Origin: Candidatus Iainarchaeum sp.
Lineage (GTDB): Archaea > Iainarchaeota > Iainarchaeia > Iainarchaeales > DTGL01
NCBI GenBank assembly: GCA_026413945.1
Contig: JAOAJX010000004.1
Coordinates: forward strand, 1 to 64,000
Length of the DNA stretch: 64,000 nt
Direction of reading: 5' to 3'
This document shows positions 1-10,108 of the stretch, in pieces (position 1 is the first letter of the stretch; every line of letters begins with the position of its first letter). Made by a program: the position numbers and the translations under genes. Under the pieces are notes generated by a model that did not search any database, was not told the DNA's origin, and saw only the letters and a list, made by a program, of their open reading frames with translations.

Positions 1-162
1 ATGATTTTCAATTACTGAGAATAGATGTGTCGGTTGATGACTTTGAAGTCGGTCATAGTTCTTTCTTCATCAAGAGATGATTTTCAATTTAGTAAGGAGG
101 TGGAAAAATGAACATGAATGAAATTGTCATAGTTCTTTCTTCATCAAGAGATGATTTTCAAT
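1..162 (-). CRISPR. CRISPR array, leader-proximal end; continues beyond window start. 37-bp repeat ATTGAAAATCATCTCTTGATGAAGAAAGAACTATGAC (- strand)
   Basis: Identical repeats at 52-88 and 126-162 plus a partial copy at 1-12; spacers 13-51 (39 bp) and 89-125 (37 bp). Orientation inferred from the AT-rich leader on the cas side. Confidence 0.95.
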
Positions 163-343
163 AGTATAAAATTATTAGAAAGTATTAATATTTATGCTAT
201 TTTGATTTTGGTTGTTTTGGCATAACTAAAAAATGGAATATTTTTGCCTTTTTGTGAGAAAACAAATAAATTATTTTTTAACTTATTCAGCCATTTAAAG
301 AAATTTAAGGTCTTTTTACTTATTTTTGAACTTCGCAAAAAAA
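163..343 (-). promoter_or_regulatory. CRISPR leader
   Basis: Very AT-rich noncoding stretch between the terminal repeat and the cas2 stop. Confidence 0.7.
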
Positions 344-622
344 TTAAAAAAGCTCAAAGGCGCTATCTTCCACTATTTCTGCATTTCCAAGCAGTTTTAC
401 CTTTTTATAGCATTTGTTGCAAAGCTCTATGATGTGCATTTTGTCTGTAATTATAAAATCTTTCATAACCCTTTCTATTTCGGCCAATTTTTCACTCGGG
501 ATTTCACCATTAAAAACGCTGTATCCTATTCTATATAATCCAAAATTCTTCAGCTGCTCTGTTACTTGATTTCTCGTCTTATCATCAGTAATATCATAAA
601 CTATTACAACCTTTTTCACCAA
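344..622 (-). CDS. cas2: CRISPR-associated endoribonuclease Cas2
   Basis: 92 aa; VYDI..D..R and YSVF.G motifs; follows cas1. Confidence 0.93.
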   Translation of the reverse strand: MVKKVVIVYDITDDKTRNQVTEQLKNFGLYRIGYSVFNGEIPSEKLAEIERVMKDFIITDKMHIIELCNKCYKKVKLLGNAEIVEDSAFELF

Positions 623-1599
623 TACGTCACCACATAAAAGTAATCGTTTTTTTTCAACAAAAAATCCCTCAAGTTATAGCAAGTATAAAGTATTGCTTTT
701 TCAGTAGCTTGTTTGTTTCCTTTAATCTCGACAATTTTCTCAAAAGAACTAATCGTTCTGGATAGGACTTTTTCTTTGCCGCTTTTTGTTAAAACAAATT
801 CTTGCAAATTAAAATCTGCCGCAACATCAAAAATTTTCTTAGTGAAGAGCGTAATTATTGCGCGATCTATCATAGCCCGGTATGGTTCCATCAAATCATA
901 AACAAGCGAAGACCTGTTTGGTATAGTGGAATGCAAAATACCAACGGTTGGATCAAGCCCTGCTTTTATGCAAGAACTCAGTACTCTCGAAGCTAAAACA
1001 GCATATCCATAGTTAAGACACGAATTTAGCGCATCCCTGGCGCCTTTTTTCTCTCTTTTAGTAAAACAATACTCTGGTGGTATAGCCAAGCTAAGAGTAA
1101 CCCAATAATGTTGGGCAAATTCTGCTTCTAGAGCAAACAAATTATTCCGAATTTCACCAAAGTTTCCAGACATGGTATTTATTTTACCATTAACATCCTC
1201 AAATTTGCTCTCAATAGAATCTATGCTATCAATTAAACCTGTCTTCTTAAGCCCACGAAGAAGATGCATTTGCCCAAATATTTTTTTCATGATAATCTCT
1301 TTGGATACTTTTGCTTTGTTATCATCTTGCATAAGCAAAAGTTCTTTCGTAAGAAGTGGGTTTCTTTCTAGATAACTTATAAAAGCGATTGGCTTGTCTT
1401 TATCGCAAAAAATAATATTGACTTCTTCATCTTTGAGCTCCTTCACCAGGTTTGATGAAATAGAAGTTCCACGACACTCGATTAATACAGAATCAACCTT
1501 GTATATGGCAAATTCTTTTTGCAAACCTTTTTGTTTTATAACTAGCCTTTGTCCTTTTTTAGCAAGAAAAGTACCAAAACCATCTACAACGATATTCAT
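616..1599 (-). CDS. cas1: CRISPR-associated endonuclease Cas1
   Basis: LEAEFAQHYW, NSCLNYGYAVL, GLDPTVGILH, LVYDLMEPYR motifs. Confidence 0.95.
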   Translation of the reverse strand: MNIVVDGFGTFLAKKGQRLVIKQKGLQKEFAIYKVDSVLIECRGTSISSNLVKELKDEEVNIIFCDKDKPIAFISYLERNPLLTKELLLMQDDNKAKVSKEIIMKKIFGQMHLLRGLKKTGLIDSIDSIESKFEDVNGKINTMSGNFGEIRNNLFALEAEFAQHYWVTLSLAIPPEYCFTKREKKGARDALNSCLNYGYAVLASRVLSSCIKAGLDPTVGILHSTIPNRSSLVYDLMEPYRAMIDRAIITLFTKKIFDVAADFNLQEFVLTKSGKEKVLSRTISSFEKIVEIKGNKQATEKAILYTCYNLRDFLLKKNDYFYVVTYW

Positions 1600-2477
1600 G
1601 AAAGTGAAAAGTTGTACATTCCATTACCAAATGAAGAAAATTTTCCAATGTGTGAATATTTACCAAAGTCAAGTAGGTAGTAAATAAGCTTTTTGTCGAG
1701 TATATCGCTGCAATCAAATCCCAAAAGACCAATAAAACCCAGCATCTTACGGTTTTTGCCTGATTTTGATGAGTAAGTTTCAATTATTTTATGCTCAAGC
1801 TTGTCTTCTATTTTAATGGCTTTGTCTGCTTCACAAAACACCTCAGGCCAATTTATCTTCTCAATTTTGTTTTCATGGAAATAAACGATTGCTGAATACT
1901 TTCTTGATAGGTTCTTAATGATATGAGAAAAGGAAATATCCGCTTGCACAGAATCTCCAAAAACTAATTGTGTAGGTGTCAAAAACTCAATTTTGATAAT
2001 TTTGTAGTTAGAATAATCCTTGCCAATTAATATTTTCCTCTGCTCCTTTCCGCTGTAAGATACAGATCCGAAGCCCCTGTTCCTAAAGCGACCTAAAGAA
2101 GTTATTTCCTTAATCGCATTTTCAATATCACCAACATATTTCTTGCTTTTACCAAAAAAATTAATCGTGAATTTTATTATGTCTCCCGGCAAATAGAGTG
2201 TCTTATCTTCTAAAGGTGGTTCAAAAACTATCGGCTTAGTAACTTGTTTATAAGCAGAGAATTTTTCTGCGCTTATTTTGGGCTGTGTTTCATATAAGTA
2301 GCCATAAGGACAAACATCGCCGTTCTTACACTTATAGCAGCTTTTTCTTTCTGGCAATAGACAATAAAGATTTTTTAATGATGCACCGACAGCACCACGC
2401 AAAGTAGAGCCTTTCCAAGTTGGCAATAGAACTTTAGACGTGGCACAAAGTCTAAATTCTGCTTGCTCGATTTCCAT
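1596..2477 (-). CDS. cas6: CRISPR pre-crRNA processing endoribonuclease Cas6
   Basis: KGSTLRGAVG with Cys cluster (C..C...CPY); C-terminal G-loop HIGKFSSFGNG. Confidence 0.88.
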   Translation of the reverse strand: MEIEQAEFRLCATSKVLLPTWKGSTLRGAVGASLKNLYCLLPERKSCYKCKNGDVCPYGYLYETQPKISAEKFSAYKQVTKPIVFEPPLEDKTLYLPGDIIKFTINFFGKSKKYVGDIENAIKEITSLGRFRNRGFGSVSYSGKEQRKILIGKDYSNYKIIKIEFLTPTQLVFGDSVQADISFSHIIKNLSRKYSAIVYFHENKIEKINWPEVFCEADKAIKIEDKLEHKIIETYSSKSGKNRKMLGFIGLLGFDCSDILDKKLIYYLLDFGKYSHIGKFSSFGNGMYNFSLS

Positions 2478-2486
2478 TAAATCACT

Positions 2487-3773
2487 TTAAATAAAATTAA
2501 TAGAGTTTGGAAAAGAAATTTGTTCCTTTATGTCGTTTTCTTCCTTGAATATGCTAAATATCTCACTTTCAACGAACCGTTTAATCTCATTGTATTTGGT
2601 TTCATCTATGCTATCAAAGCCATGAGCTAATATTGAATTATTTCTAAGATTTAAAGGACTATCTGATTTACCGCTGAGAGTGCATAATTTATCCCGCAAA
2701 TGCCCATATTTGTCATCATTTAAAACATTGAGCAACCAGTAGCAATCTTGCAATGCCAACCTTATTTTATTATCATCGCGCTTTTTGCTATTCAAATAAG
2801 CCAGGTTTTCCTCACCAATCTTTTTAATATATTCGTTCTCAATGTTGACGTTATTAGCTTTTATCAAATATGTTCTTTCTAGCCTTATCTGAGCTACAGC
2901 TTCAGCAAAGCGGTATAATCTAGCGACCGCATCGTCGTATTTTTTATCTCTTTCACGCCTCAAAGCATTATAGTATATATCAAGGGCCAAATAGATGGCC
3001 CTATTTATGCCTTCTTTGGAATTAATTTTTTCTAGTATTTTTTCATTTTTTTTAAGCTTTTTGACTGCATCGTGTATTGCACCGTTTTCAGTGTAGCCAA
3101 TATTCTTTAAAAAGTTTTTTAAATTTCTTAACGCGTTTTTGTGATCAAACAAATCCCAATAGTAGAAGATTTCCACATAACTAGTCAACAAATTTCTTTT
3201 TTGCTCTGATAGTTTGGTTTTTTCTATAATTTCCAAGCAAGCTGAATAGTTACCTACTTTAAAAAACTCATCTATCAATTTTATTCTTAATGCTTCAGCT
3301 GCCGACATCTCAACTGCATATTCAGTGGTTTTTACTAAGCCATCATGGCCTCTTGGACCGGTTTCATAACAAATAATTGGATTATTGAATTCTATAGCCG
3401 CCAAAGAGATGCCTGCAGCCATCGCTTTCGTTCCACCAGTAATATCAAAAATTATTTTTTTGGCTTCTCTTAATCTTTCTAATTTTCGAATTTTTTCATA
3501 GATTTTTTTAATATCGTTTACATCAACGACGACAATCTCATGTTGCTTCTCTTGTGGTATCCATTTTTTCTGCAAAGCATTTGCTAGTTCCCGCGAGTCT
3601 TTAGTTGCTGCAAGATATACAAAATCCACTTTGTTTAAATAGCGGTCTAAGGTTTGTTTTTCCGGGCCTTTATCTAATCTATCTTCTAAAGCTTTTTTCT
3701 TCTGGTCTTCACCAGGCTTACAAAACCTTGTACCAACTGCTGGCAAACCTACCCCCAACACAAGCACATTCAT
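2487..3773 (-). CDS. CARF-HEPN CRISPR ancillary ribonuclease (Csm6/Csx1-like, TIGR02710-type)
   Basis: CARF motif FDITGGTKAM, WDLFDH, DAVARLYRFAE, HEPN-like RNNSILAHG; start placed at ATG 3773 (ORF track extends to 3806). Confidence 0.85.
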   Translation of the reverse strand: MNVLVLGVGLPAVGTRFCKPGEDQKKKALEDRLDKGPEKQTLDRYLNKVDFVYLAATKDSRELANALQKKWIPQEKQHEIVVVDVNDIKKIYEKIRKLERLREAKKIIFDITGGTKAMAAGISLAAIEFNNPIICYETGPRGHDGLVKTTEYAVEMSAAEALRIKLIDEFFKVGNYSACLEIIEKTKLSEQKRNLLTSYVEIFYYWDLFDHKNALRNLKNFLKNIGYTENGAIHDAVKKLKKNEKILEKINSKEGINRAIYLALDIYYNALRRERDKKYDDAVARLYRFAEAVAQIRLERTYLIKANNVNIENEYIKKIGEENLAYLNSKKRDDNKIRLALQDCYWLLNVLNDDKYGHLRDKLCTLSGKSDSPLNLRNNSILAHGFDSIDETKYNEIKRFVESEIFSIFKEENDIKEQISFPNSINFI

Positions 3774-3778
3774 AAAAA

Positions 3779-4927
3779 TCACCCACAAAGGTCTATTTTT
3801 ATCCACCCAAATGGCAAATATTCTTTTTTGAAGTTAACCAGCAATCTAGATTTAACTTTCATGTCTCTATCTCTATCCCTCTTTATCGGTTTTCGATTCC
3901 TAGGTGCTTCTTTGGGAAGTGCGAAATCGATTAGATTTTCTTTTCCATCTATTGCTTTGCAATACAAAGATGAAGTGCTCTTAAAACCTGAGCCGTGGCC
4001 AACACGCAAAATTAATTCTTCCTTTTCAAGCAAATCGCGTAGGTTTTCATAAAAATCAATCAATCTGATGATACTGTCTTCGTCTATGCCTGTTGTTTTT
4101 TTGATTTTATTAAAGAATTTAAGTTCACTATCAACAACAAAAGAATTCTTACTTATAACAGCTTCCAAAATCTCTTCTTTGAAATTAGTTTTTCTAAATA
4201 AAAGTTCTGACTCAAATTTGGTTTGTGGCTTAACGGCTTCGCAGAAGAACGCTGCTGGCTGTTGGCTCTTAAAAACTAATTCGGAAATAGTCTTTACACT
4301 ACCAAGTTCTTTAGAAAAAACATAGCTCTTTGCTCCACCACCTGTAAGTGTAAAAATCCCAACATTGCTGAAGAACAAGCAATCTTTTGTACTAGATGCA
4401 CTGTCTCTAAAACCAAAATTGGATCCAAGATCCGGTTTTAACTCATAATCTAAATCCCTTTGTTTTTGAAAACTTTGCCTTAAACCACTTACTTTAGAAT
4501 AACTTACCAGTGCGGTATTAACTGCACCTTTCAAGCTAGAGCCTGGAATATATGGCTTATCTGAAATCTTTGCAGTTATCAATACATCCGACATTAAGCG
4601 AACTTTTTCACTTGAGTGGTTTTCTATAGCATAAGTAACAAACTTCAATATATCTTCCACTTTGCCTGTATTGTGAAGAATTTTTCGTAGATCCCCTTCT
4701 GTGTTTTTCTGGGCCTTGCTTGTTGATATAAGCAAATTTTTAACTATTATATCCAAAACATTCTTTTCTTCGGGGTATTTGATGCTTTCAATGAAACCAT
4801 CAAAATTAATTCTAAAAACTTTATCATTTTGACATACGTAAGAAAAACCCGCTGGTTCACTCTCTTGGCCTATAAGCAACGGAGATAAAGTCTCAACCTT
4901 GATTTTTTCTGACTGAAGTAAATTCAT
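3779..4927 (-). CDS. csm5: Type III-A RAMP Csm5
   Basis: TLSPLLIG, PYIPGSSLKGA, LRVGHGSG, terminal PFGW. Confidence 0.88.
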   Translation of the reverse strand: MNLLQSEKIKVETLSPLLIGQESEPAGFSYVCQNDKVFRINFDGFIESIKYPEEKNVLDIIVKNLLISTSKAQKNTEGDLRKILHNTGKVEDILKFVTYAIENHSSEKVRLMSDVLITAKISDKPYIPGSSLKGAVNTALVSYSKVSGLRQSFQKQRDLDYELKPDLGSNFGFRDSASSTKDCLFFSNVGIFTLTGGGAKSYVFSKELGSVKTISELVFKSQQPAAFFCEAVKPQTKFESELLFRKTNFKEEILEAVISKNSFVVDSELKFFNKIKKTTGIDEDSIIRLIDFYENLRDLLEKEELILRVGHGSGFKSTSSLYCKAIDGKENLIDFALPKEAPRNRKPIKRDRDRDMKVKSRLLVNFKKEYLPFGWIKIDLCG

Positions 4928-4933
4928 GGCAAG

Positions 4934-5827
4934 TCACCCCCGTTTGAATTTATAAATTGGGGTTATCCCATTCCAATATATTTTGTGTTTGAAATTGCCT
5001 TCAAGCTCAGCATAGGGCCCCCTCCTCCCATACGAAGTTTTACCGAGACTTGGAAAAATCGACCCTTCTTTAAAATAGTACTTTGCTGGTTTCTCCATAT
5101 TGACAGTAAAGTGGCCATCTGAAACTTCAGTCCAGCCAGCATATTGTACAAGCACGTAATTGGGCCCAAAAAACTCATCTTCTTTGCTCTTCTCTAAAAA
5201 CTGTTTTAATTCATCTTTAGTTGGAGAATATAAAGCTAAGTTAATAAAGAAGTCACCATCATCTTCAATCTCATGAAATTCGAAATCTTCAAATGGTTGA
5301 GATGAAGTAGTTTTGTCACGTCCAAAGCCAAAGTATTTCATTTCAAGAAGGGCTTTTTCTATAATGCTTTTGAATTGTGGAGAATAAGAAAACCACAAGC
5401 CACTTTTTTTTGTGCTTTTAATTCTATAAGAAAAAAACAATTTTGTCTCCCCAGCCATCTTGGTAGTCCTAGGAACGCTGTTATGGGCATTTTTAATTAG
5501 AAATACATCCTCTGGTTTATCATCGAGGTATTTTTCATTAAGGCCCTCTTTGAATGCATCAACTACAAGCAGTTTTTTACTTTTGATTTTCTTATTTAAT
5601 TCATCGTTTTTATCTTTCATTAAAATTTTTGCATTAACTATTGGCAGATATATTTTATTTCCAGAAAATGGAAACATAGAGCTAACCGCAAATCTATCAT
5701 CTAATATTAGCTTTTCAGCAAGATTTGGCATTGCGTTTAACAAAGCGGCGAAAATACTTTGCGAACTCACGATTGGGTAGTCTTCGTTTACTCCAATATC
5801 TACCTTATAAAGCTTCACTATATGCAT
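4934..5827 (-). CDS. csm4: Type III-A RAMP Csm4
   Basis: SQSIFAAL, VSSMFPF, GFGRDKT, FKEGSIF; lies between csm3 and csm5. Confidence 0.82.
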   Translation of the reverse strand: MHIVKLYKVDIGVNEDYPIVSSQSIFAALLNAMPNLAEKLILDDRFAVSSMFPFSGNKIYLPIVNAKILMKDKNDELNKKIKSKKLLVVDAFKEGLNEKYLDDKPEDVFLIKNAHNSVPRTTKMAGETKLFFSYRIKSTKKSGLWFSYSPQFKSIIEKALLEMKYFGFGRDKTTSSQPFEDFEFHEIEDDGDFFINLALYSPTKDELKQFLEKSKEDEFFGPNYVLVQYAGWTEVSDGHFTVNMEKPAKYYFKEGSIFPSLGKTSYGRRGPYAELEGNFKHKIYWNGITPIYKFKRG

Positions 5828-5831
5828 AAAA

Positions 5832-6476
5832 TCACTTATTCAAAATCTCTTTCCACCCACTTTGCTCTATTTTTACTTGTCCATATCCTCGCGTACCGCA
5901 ACCACCCAGATAATCATTTTGAAGTAGTTCTAATGCTTCTGCAACTATTTCTTTATATTTTTCCTCTTTATCAAGTTCATTGTCTAGCACTTTAAGGACG
6001 AACTCGCCTTTGAAAACAGTACCTGGTAAAACCCGTTCAACAAAACGAGGATTGGCTGCCTTTCCTGTCCCCCTACTAACAGTGTTCTCTGCTTTCAGCT
6101 CCAAAAATTTATCTTCCATATATTCTTCCTCATTCTCTAAGTAAAAGTCCCTAACAATTAAAGCGCCTGTTATCTTAGAACCACCTTTACCACCAGAACA
6201 TCCAAAAGTTTGGCAAATAAGGCAATCGTCTTTTCCACAATCACAAACCCCTTCTTTGCTTATTCCTTCTTTATTATACTTGGCTTGTTCCAAAAGGGAT
6301 CTCATCTTGCCTTTTAGGCTAGAGCCCGGAATATATGGGATTTCTACTCTTTGGTTTGGCCCCCTTATTTTAGCAACTGGCAGATCGGTGTTGCCAATTT
6401 CAAAATCATCTTTGTTGCCACCTATGTGAAGACCAGTAACAACTTTTATTTTTATTTCATTTCTCAAATATTTCAT
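5832..6476 (-). CDS. csm3: Type III-A backbone RNase Csm3
   Basis: TGLHIGG, catalytic-region IGNTDLPV, PYIPGSSLKGKMRSLLE, YLGGCGTRGYG. Confidence 0.95.
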   Translation of the reverse strand: MKYLRNEIKIKVVTGLHIGGNKDDFEIGNTDLPVAKIRGPNQRVEIPYIPGSSLKGKMRSLLEQAKYNKEGISKEGVCDCGKDDCLICQTFGCSGGKGGSKITGALIVRDFYLENEEEYMEDKFLELKAENTVSRGTGKAANPRFVERVLPGTVFKGEFVLKVLDNELDKEEKYKEIVAEALELLQNDYLGGCGTRGYGQVKIEQSGWKEILNK

Positions 6477-6482
6477 ACAAAA

Positions 6483-6890
6483 TCACCCCTCACCTTTAGG
6501 ATTGAAATATTTAAAGTAGCATATTATTGCCTCATTAAACTGATCTAAAAATTCTCTCTTCTCTGGATCTTTTACAGCAAGTTCAATCAAATCAAAATAA
6601 ATTGATAGAAAGTCCTCATTTTGTATAATTCTGTTTTGGTAAGCAATTTTAGGTTTAGCTAGAACAAGACTTTTTTCGTCTTTTGCATTTTTTATGATAG
6701 AAAAGATCCTACGAAGTTGATGATATTTTATATTCCTGTTATTGGCGATATTTTTAGCTATCTCTTTAGCAGAATGATCTACAACCTCTGTGCTCAATTC
6801 ATCATTTTTTATTTTTTTAGAAAATTCAATAAGTTGCTTTGAAAAATCACTTCTTTCTTGTTCTCTCCCACTAAAATAGCTTTTATTCAT
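6483..6890 (-). CDS. csm2: Type III-A small subunit Csm2
   Basis: 135 aa helical protein; QLRRIF, KPKIAY, EAIICYFKY motifs. Confidence 0.88.
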   Translation of the reverse strand: MNKSYFSGREQERSDFSKQLIEFSKKIKNDELSTEVVDHSAKEIAKNIANNRNIKYHQLRRIFSIIKNAKDEKSLVLAKPKIAYQNRIIQNEDFLSIYFDLIELAVKDPEKREFLDQFNEAIICYFKYFNPKGEG

Positions 6891-9299
6891 TCAACCACAC
6901 TCCTTATAAGTTTTAATTCTTCTTAATAAGAGCGCTAGCTTAAGTGTCAGAAGTGTTTTTTTGGATTGATAATCTTCAAGGTTCTGCATAGAACTTGAAA
7001 AGATCTCTTTCTCTAAGCGTTCGATGATCTCTTCGTCTTTATTACTGCTGCTTTCTTTAAGTCTTCCGATCAAGTAGTATAAAATATGAACTTTCTTGCT
7101 TCTACTATGTGCACTTTCAAAAAAAGATGTTAATCTGTAAAGCTGTGAAGATGCGATATTAGAGTCGCTTATTTGCTGGCTGAACAGTAAGATTCTAGAC
7201 CAATCTTCCCAACGTATGCTTTTTCCAAATAAGGAAATAGCATCTTTTTCATATTCTTTGTATTTGAAACTCTTTGCGTTATTACACTCTTCTGCTGCAA
7301 TGCCCATGGCAACATTCATAGGATAATGATGACCGAACAAAGTAATTCCGCCCGAGATACTCAGCTTTTTGTTGTAAAATTCTTTGAACTGCTCTACAAG
7401 TTCCTTTGCATGATAAAAAATCATATCGTAGCGGCCGATTATGTAAAGATCATCACCACCCACGAAAACCGTATAGAACAAATCTTTTTCTTCCTTAAGG
7501 TTCCATAACTCAGATACTTTTTTTCCAAAAAACAATAATAGTTGATCTGACATAGTGCTAATTTGTGATAGTGTCTTAGCGCTCTTCACAAACTTTCCTA
7601 AGCTATCGACATCAAGTTTTAAATGTGCTATTTTAGCAGTCTGTGCCTTATTCTCTGCTAACTTAGCTATTTTTTCGAGTTCTGGTGTACCACTGCTTGG
7701 CTTAAAGCCAAAGTCAAATGAAATATCTTTGTTGGAAATAAGTTTTAGAACTTCAGCAACAAACAATTTTTGTCTTTGCTCAAATTTTTCAGTAATGTAA
7801 GAGTAATCCAAAAAGCAGTAGAAAAACCCTGTTTCAAGTTTTCTTGGAAGAACAATATCGTCTTCTTCAGCACAAATTGCTAAATGTCCAAGCTCATTGA
7901 AAGGAGGTTCTAAAAAAATAGCAGATTCTATTAATCCTCCTTTTGGCAAAGCCACAATATTGTTGGAGGATATAAGGTAGATTTTGCTGTAGCTATATTT
8001 TTCACCAATTTTTTCGGCTAATTGACACATCTCGCATAACTGTTTTTCATTTTGTTCTTTGTATTTACCAATTTCCTTAAATCCACAGCTACCACAAGAT
8101 TTTCTGCCAAATTCTGTATCAAACAATATTTCAAACATATCTTCATTGAAAAGCCTTTGCATCTTACACTTAAAGCCTTTATCTTCGTTTAAATTCCCAA
8201 TCAGTTTGCTGAGCTTCTTTGGTTTGAAATCCTCCTTTTTTGCTTCAATCCAAGCTATGTTTAAAAAAAGAGTATCTGTATATTTGATAAAGAACTTGTT
8301 TATATCCGTCAAAGTCCTTTGTAATATTTCTTTGTTTTCTTTTGAATTTGGTGCTAGAATGTAAAATCTACCCCCCGCAGCTAAAACAAGACAACTACGA
8401 TCAAGATTAAGTCTTTTCAAAATTAGCTGAAGGGTTAATTCTGTAAATATCTGAACTAAAAACGAACGCCCTCTACTTCTTTTAGTAAAGCCTTTTTGAT
8501 CTTCGCTTTTGAAAGTTTGAGTTTTTATAAAATTCTGTATTCCTGAGAAGTCACCTAAAATTAACAGAACTGGCTTTTTGCGATCGCCATCAAGCAAAGC
8601 TCTTGTGATAGCAGCCACATTTTTAGAATGTTCAAACAATGAAGTTTTATTTTCACCACTGTGGGTCGAAGCAGGCATAAACCATGTAAACTCTCTAAGC
8701 CAGACCAAAGAATTATTTATTGAGTTATGAAATGACTTATTGCTAACAGCATAACTTAGAGCTAAATTAAAATCACAGTTTTTCAAAATTTTACTAATAT
8801 AACTGTAACTGTAACCGCCTTCATTTACACCGAATGATCTTCCTGAAAATAATTGAAGTGGAAAAAAATCGAATCCATCTTCAGTTTTCTCATCTTTGGC
8901 GTAAGAAAAAAATGATAGAACTCTTGTTTTTTGTAGCTTTTCCTGAAGTGCCATTTTATTATCTGGATCAAAATCATCTATGCCTTCTTGTCTTCCTTCT
9001 CTTTGGCCGGCATCAAATCTGTCGGCTTCTATTAAAATCTTTTTATATTCCTTTACCTCACTTTCTTTCAGAAGCTGCTCTGCAAACTTCAGCTCCTTAT
9101 CACTTAATTTTCTGTGGTAATGATGGTCATAAATAAATGTTTGCACGGCTTTAGAGAAAAAAGGTATTTTTAAGTCATTTAAGTAGGAGGCGCCAACAAA
9201 TGTATGTGGTTCTGCCATATTTTCCATACGCATTATTGCTTTACCAATATCATGGAAAAGAGCTGCAACAATCAAATCTTGCTTTGTTTCAGAATCCAT
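6891..9299 (-). CDS. cas10: Type III-A Cas10/Csm1 (HD nuclease + cyclase)
   Basis: AALFHDIGK HD domain, GDFSGIQNFI, Zn finger CGSCG..CEMC, LKLDVDSLG, VGGDD cyclase motif. Confidence 0.96.
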   Translation of the reverse strand: MDSETKQDLIVAALFHDIGKAIMRMENMAEPHTFVGASYLNDLKIPFFSKAVQTFIYDHHYHRKLSDKELKFAEQLLKESEVKEYKKILIEADRFDAGQREGRQEGIDDFDPDNKMALQEKLQKTRVLSFFSYAKDEKTEDGFDFFPLQLFSGRSFGVNEGGYSYSYISKILKNCDFNLALSYAVSNKSFHNSINNSLVWLREFTWFMPASTHSGENKTSLFEHSKNVAAITRALLDGDRKKPVLLILGDFSGIQNFIKTQTFKSEDQKGFTKRSRGRSFLVQIFTELTLQLILKRLNLDRSCLVLAAGGRFYILAPNSKENKEILQRTLTDINKFFIKYTDTLFLNIAWIEAKKEDFKPKKLSKLIGNLNEDKGFKCKMQRLFNEDMFEILFDTEFGRKSCGSCGFKEIGKYKEQNEKQLCEMCQLAEKIGEKYSYSKIYLISSNNIVALPKGGLIESAIFLEPPFNELGHLAICAEEDDIVLPRKLETGFFYCFLDYSYITEKFEQRQKLFVAEVLKLISNKDISFDFGFKPSSGTPELEKIAKLAENKAQTAKIAHLKLDVDSLGKFVKSAKTLSQISTMSDQLLLFFGKKVSELWNLKEEKDLFYTVFVGGDDLYIIGRYDMIFYHAKELVEQFKEFYNKKLSISGGITLFGHHYPMNVAMGIAAEECNNAKSFKYKEYEKDAISLFGKSIRWEDWSRILLFSQQISDSNIASSQLYRLTSFFESAHSRSKKVHILYYLIGRLKESSSNKDEEIIERLEKEIFSSSMQNLEDYQSKKTLLTLKLALLLRRIKTYKECG

Positions 9300-9508
9300 T
9301 ATAAAAAACTCCCTACAAAAAAGATTTAAACATAACTGAAAACATCTTTTAGTTTATCAAAGCTACTTTATAATTAATTTTATATTTTTATAACAAAAGT
9401 TTTAAAATTATTATAGTCCTAATAACAGTAAAATATATCTTTTACTAATAAAATATAAAAAAAGAGATGGCTGATACCTTTTTAAATTTTAAACACTTTT
9501 TTTATTAA
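9300..9508. promoter_or_regulatory. Divergent promoter region cas10/csa3 with palindrome AGTAAAA-N6-TTTTACT (9427-9446)
   Basis: AT-rich intergenic region between divergent genes, several TATA-like runs, one inverted repeat. Confidence 0.55.
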
Positions 9509-10105
9509 ATGGCTAATGTTCTAATATCAACAATATACTCTGTTGAATCTATAGTTCTAGCGATAACTCGCTTTTCTATAGATCGTGTTTTCCTTTTGAT
9601 AAGTGACGAGTATGACGAGACACAGCAGAAGGCACTAAAACAAATAGAAGATAATTATGCCAAAGTAATCGAAGTTAAAGAAAAAAAGATACCTTTGTAT
9701 GACATTGTAAGCATAACTGAGAAATGTGTAGAGCTAATAGATGCAATTTCGAGCACAGATAGAATTATAATAAATATCACTCCGGCTAGAAAAACACAAT
9801 CAATAGGTTTGCTTTACGCTGCTTATAAAAGAGCTAAGCTAGTAGACAAGATAATTTACATATGTGAAGATAGGAAAGAGGTAATAGTGTTGCCGATACT
9901 TGAATTCTCAATAACTGAGACACAACAACAAATTCTGGAAAACATAAGGCCTGATATGACATTAAATGAGCTATCAAGTAAGCTAAAAAACAAGCAATCA
10001 AAGGCGATGCTTTACAAAAATATAAAAGAATTAAAAGAAAAGGGGTACATAGATTACGGGAAAGGCTTAACCCTCACAGATGCTGGTAAGATTGCAAGAC
10101 TTTAG
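9509..10105 (+). CDS. csa3: Csa3-like CARF + winged-HTH transcriptional regulator
   Basis: Rossmann-like N-terminal domain (IIINITPARK) plus C-terminal wHTH (..LYKNIKELKEKGYI..LTDAGKIARL); divergent from the cas operon. Confidence 0.75.
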   Translation: MANVLISTIYSVESIVLAITRFSIDRVFLLISDEYDETQQKALKQIEDNYAKVIEVKEKKIPLYDIVSITEKCVELIDAISSTDRIIINITPARKTQSIGLLYAAYKRAKLVDKIIYICEDRKEVIVLPILEFSITETQQQILENIRPDMTLNELSSKLKNKQSKAMLYKNIKELKEKGYIDYGKGLTLTDAGKIARL

Positions 10106-10108
10106 TTT

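Noticed and set aside
13-125. Self-targeting of spacers within the window, e.g. against the transposon
   Set aside because: No match seen by eye; an exhaustive search was not possible
244-538. + strand ORFs over the leader and cas2
   Set aside because: Low-complexity or antisense shadows with no motifs
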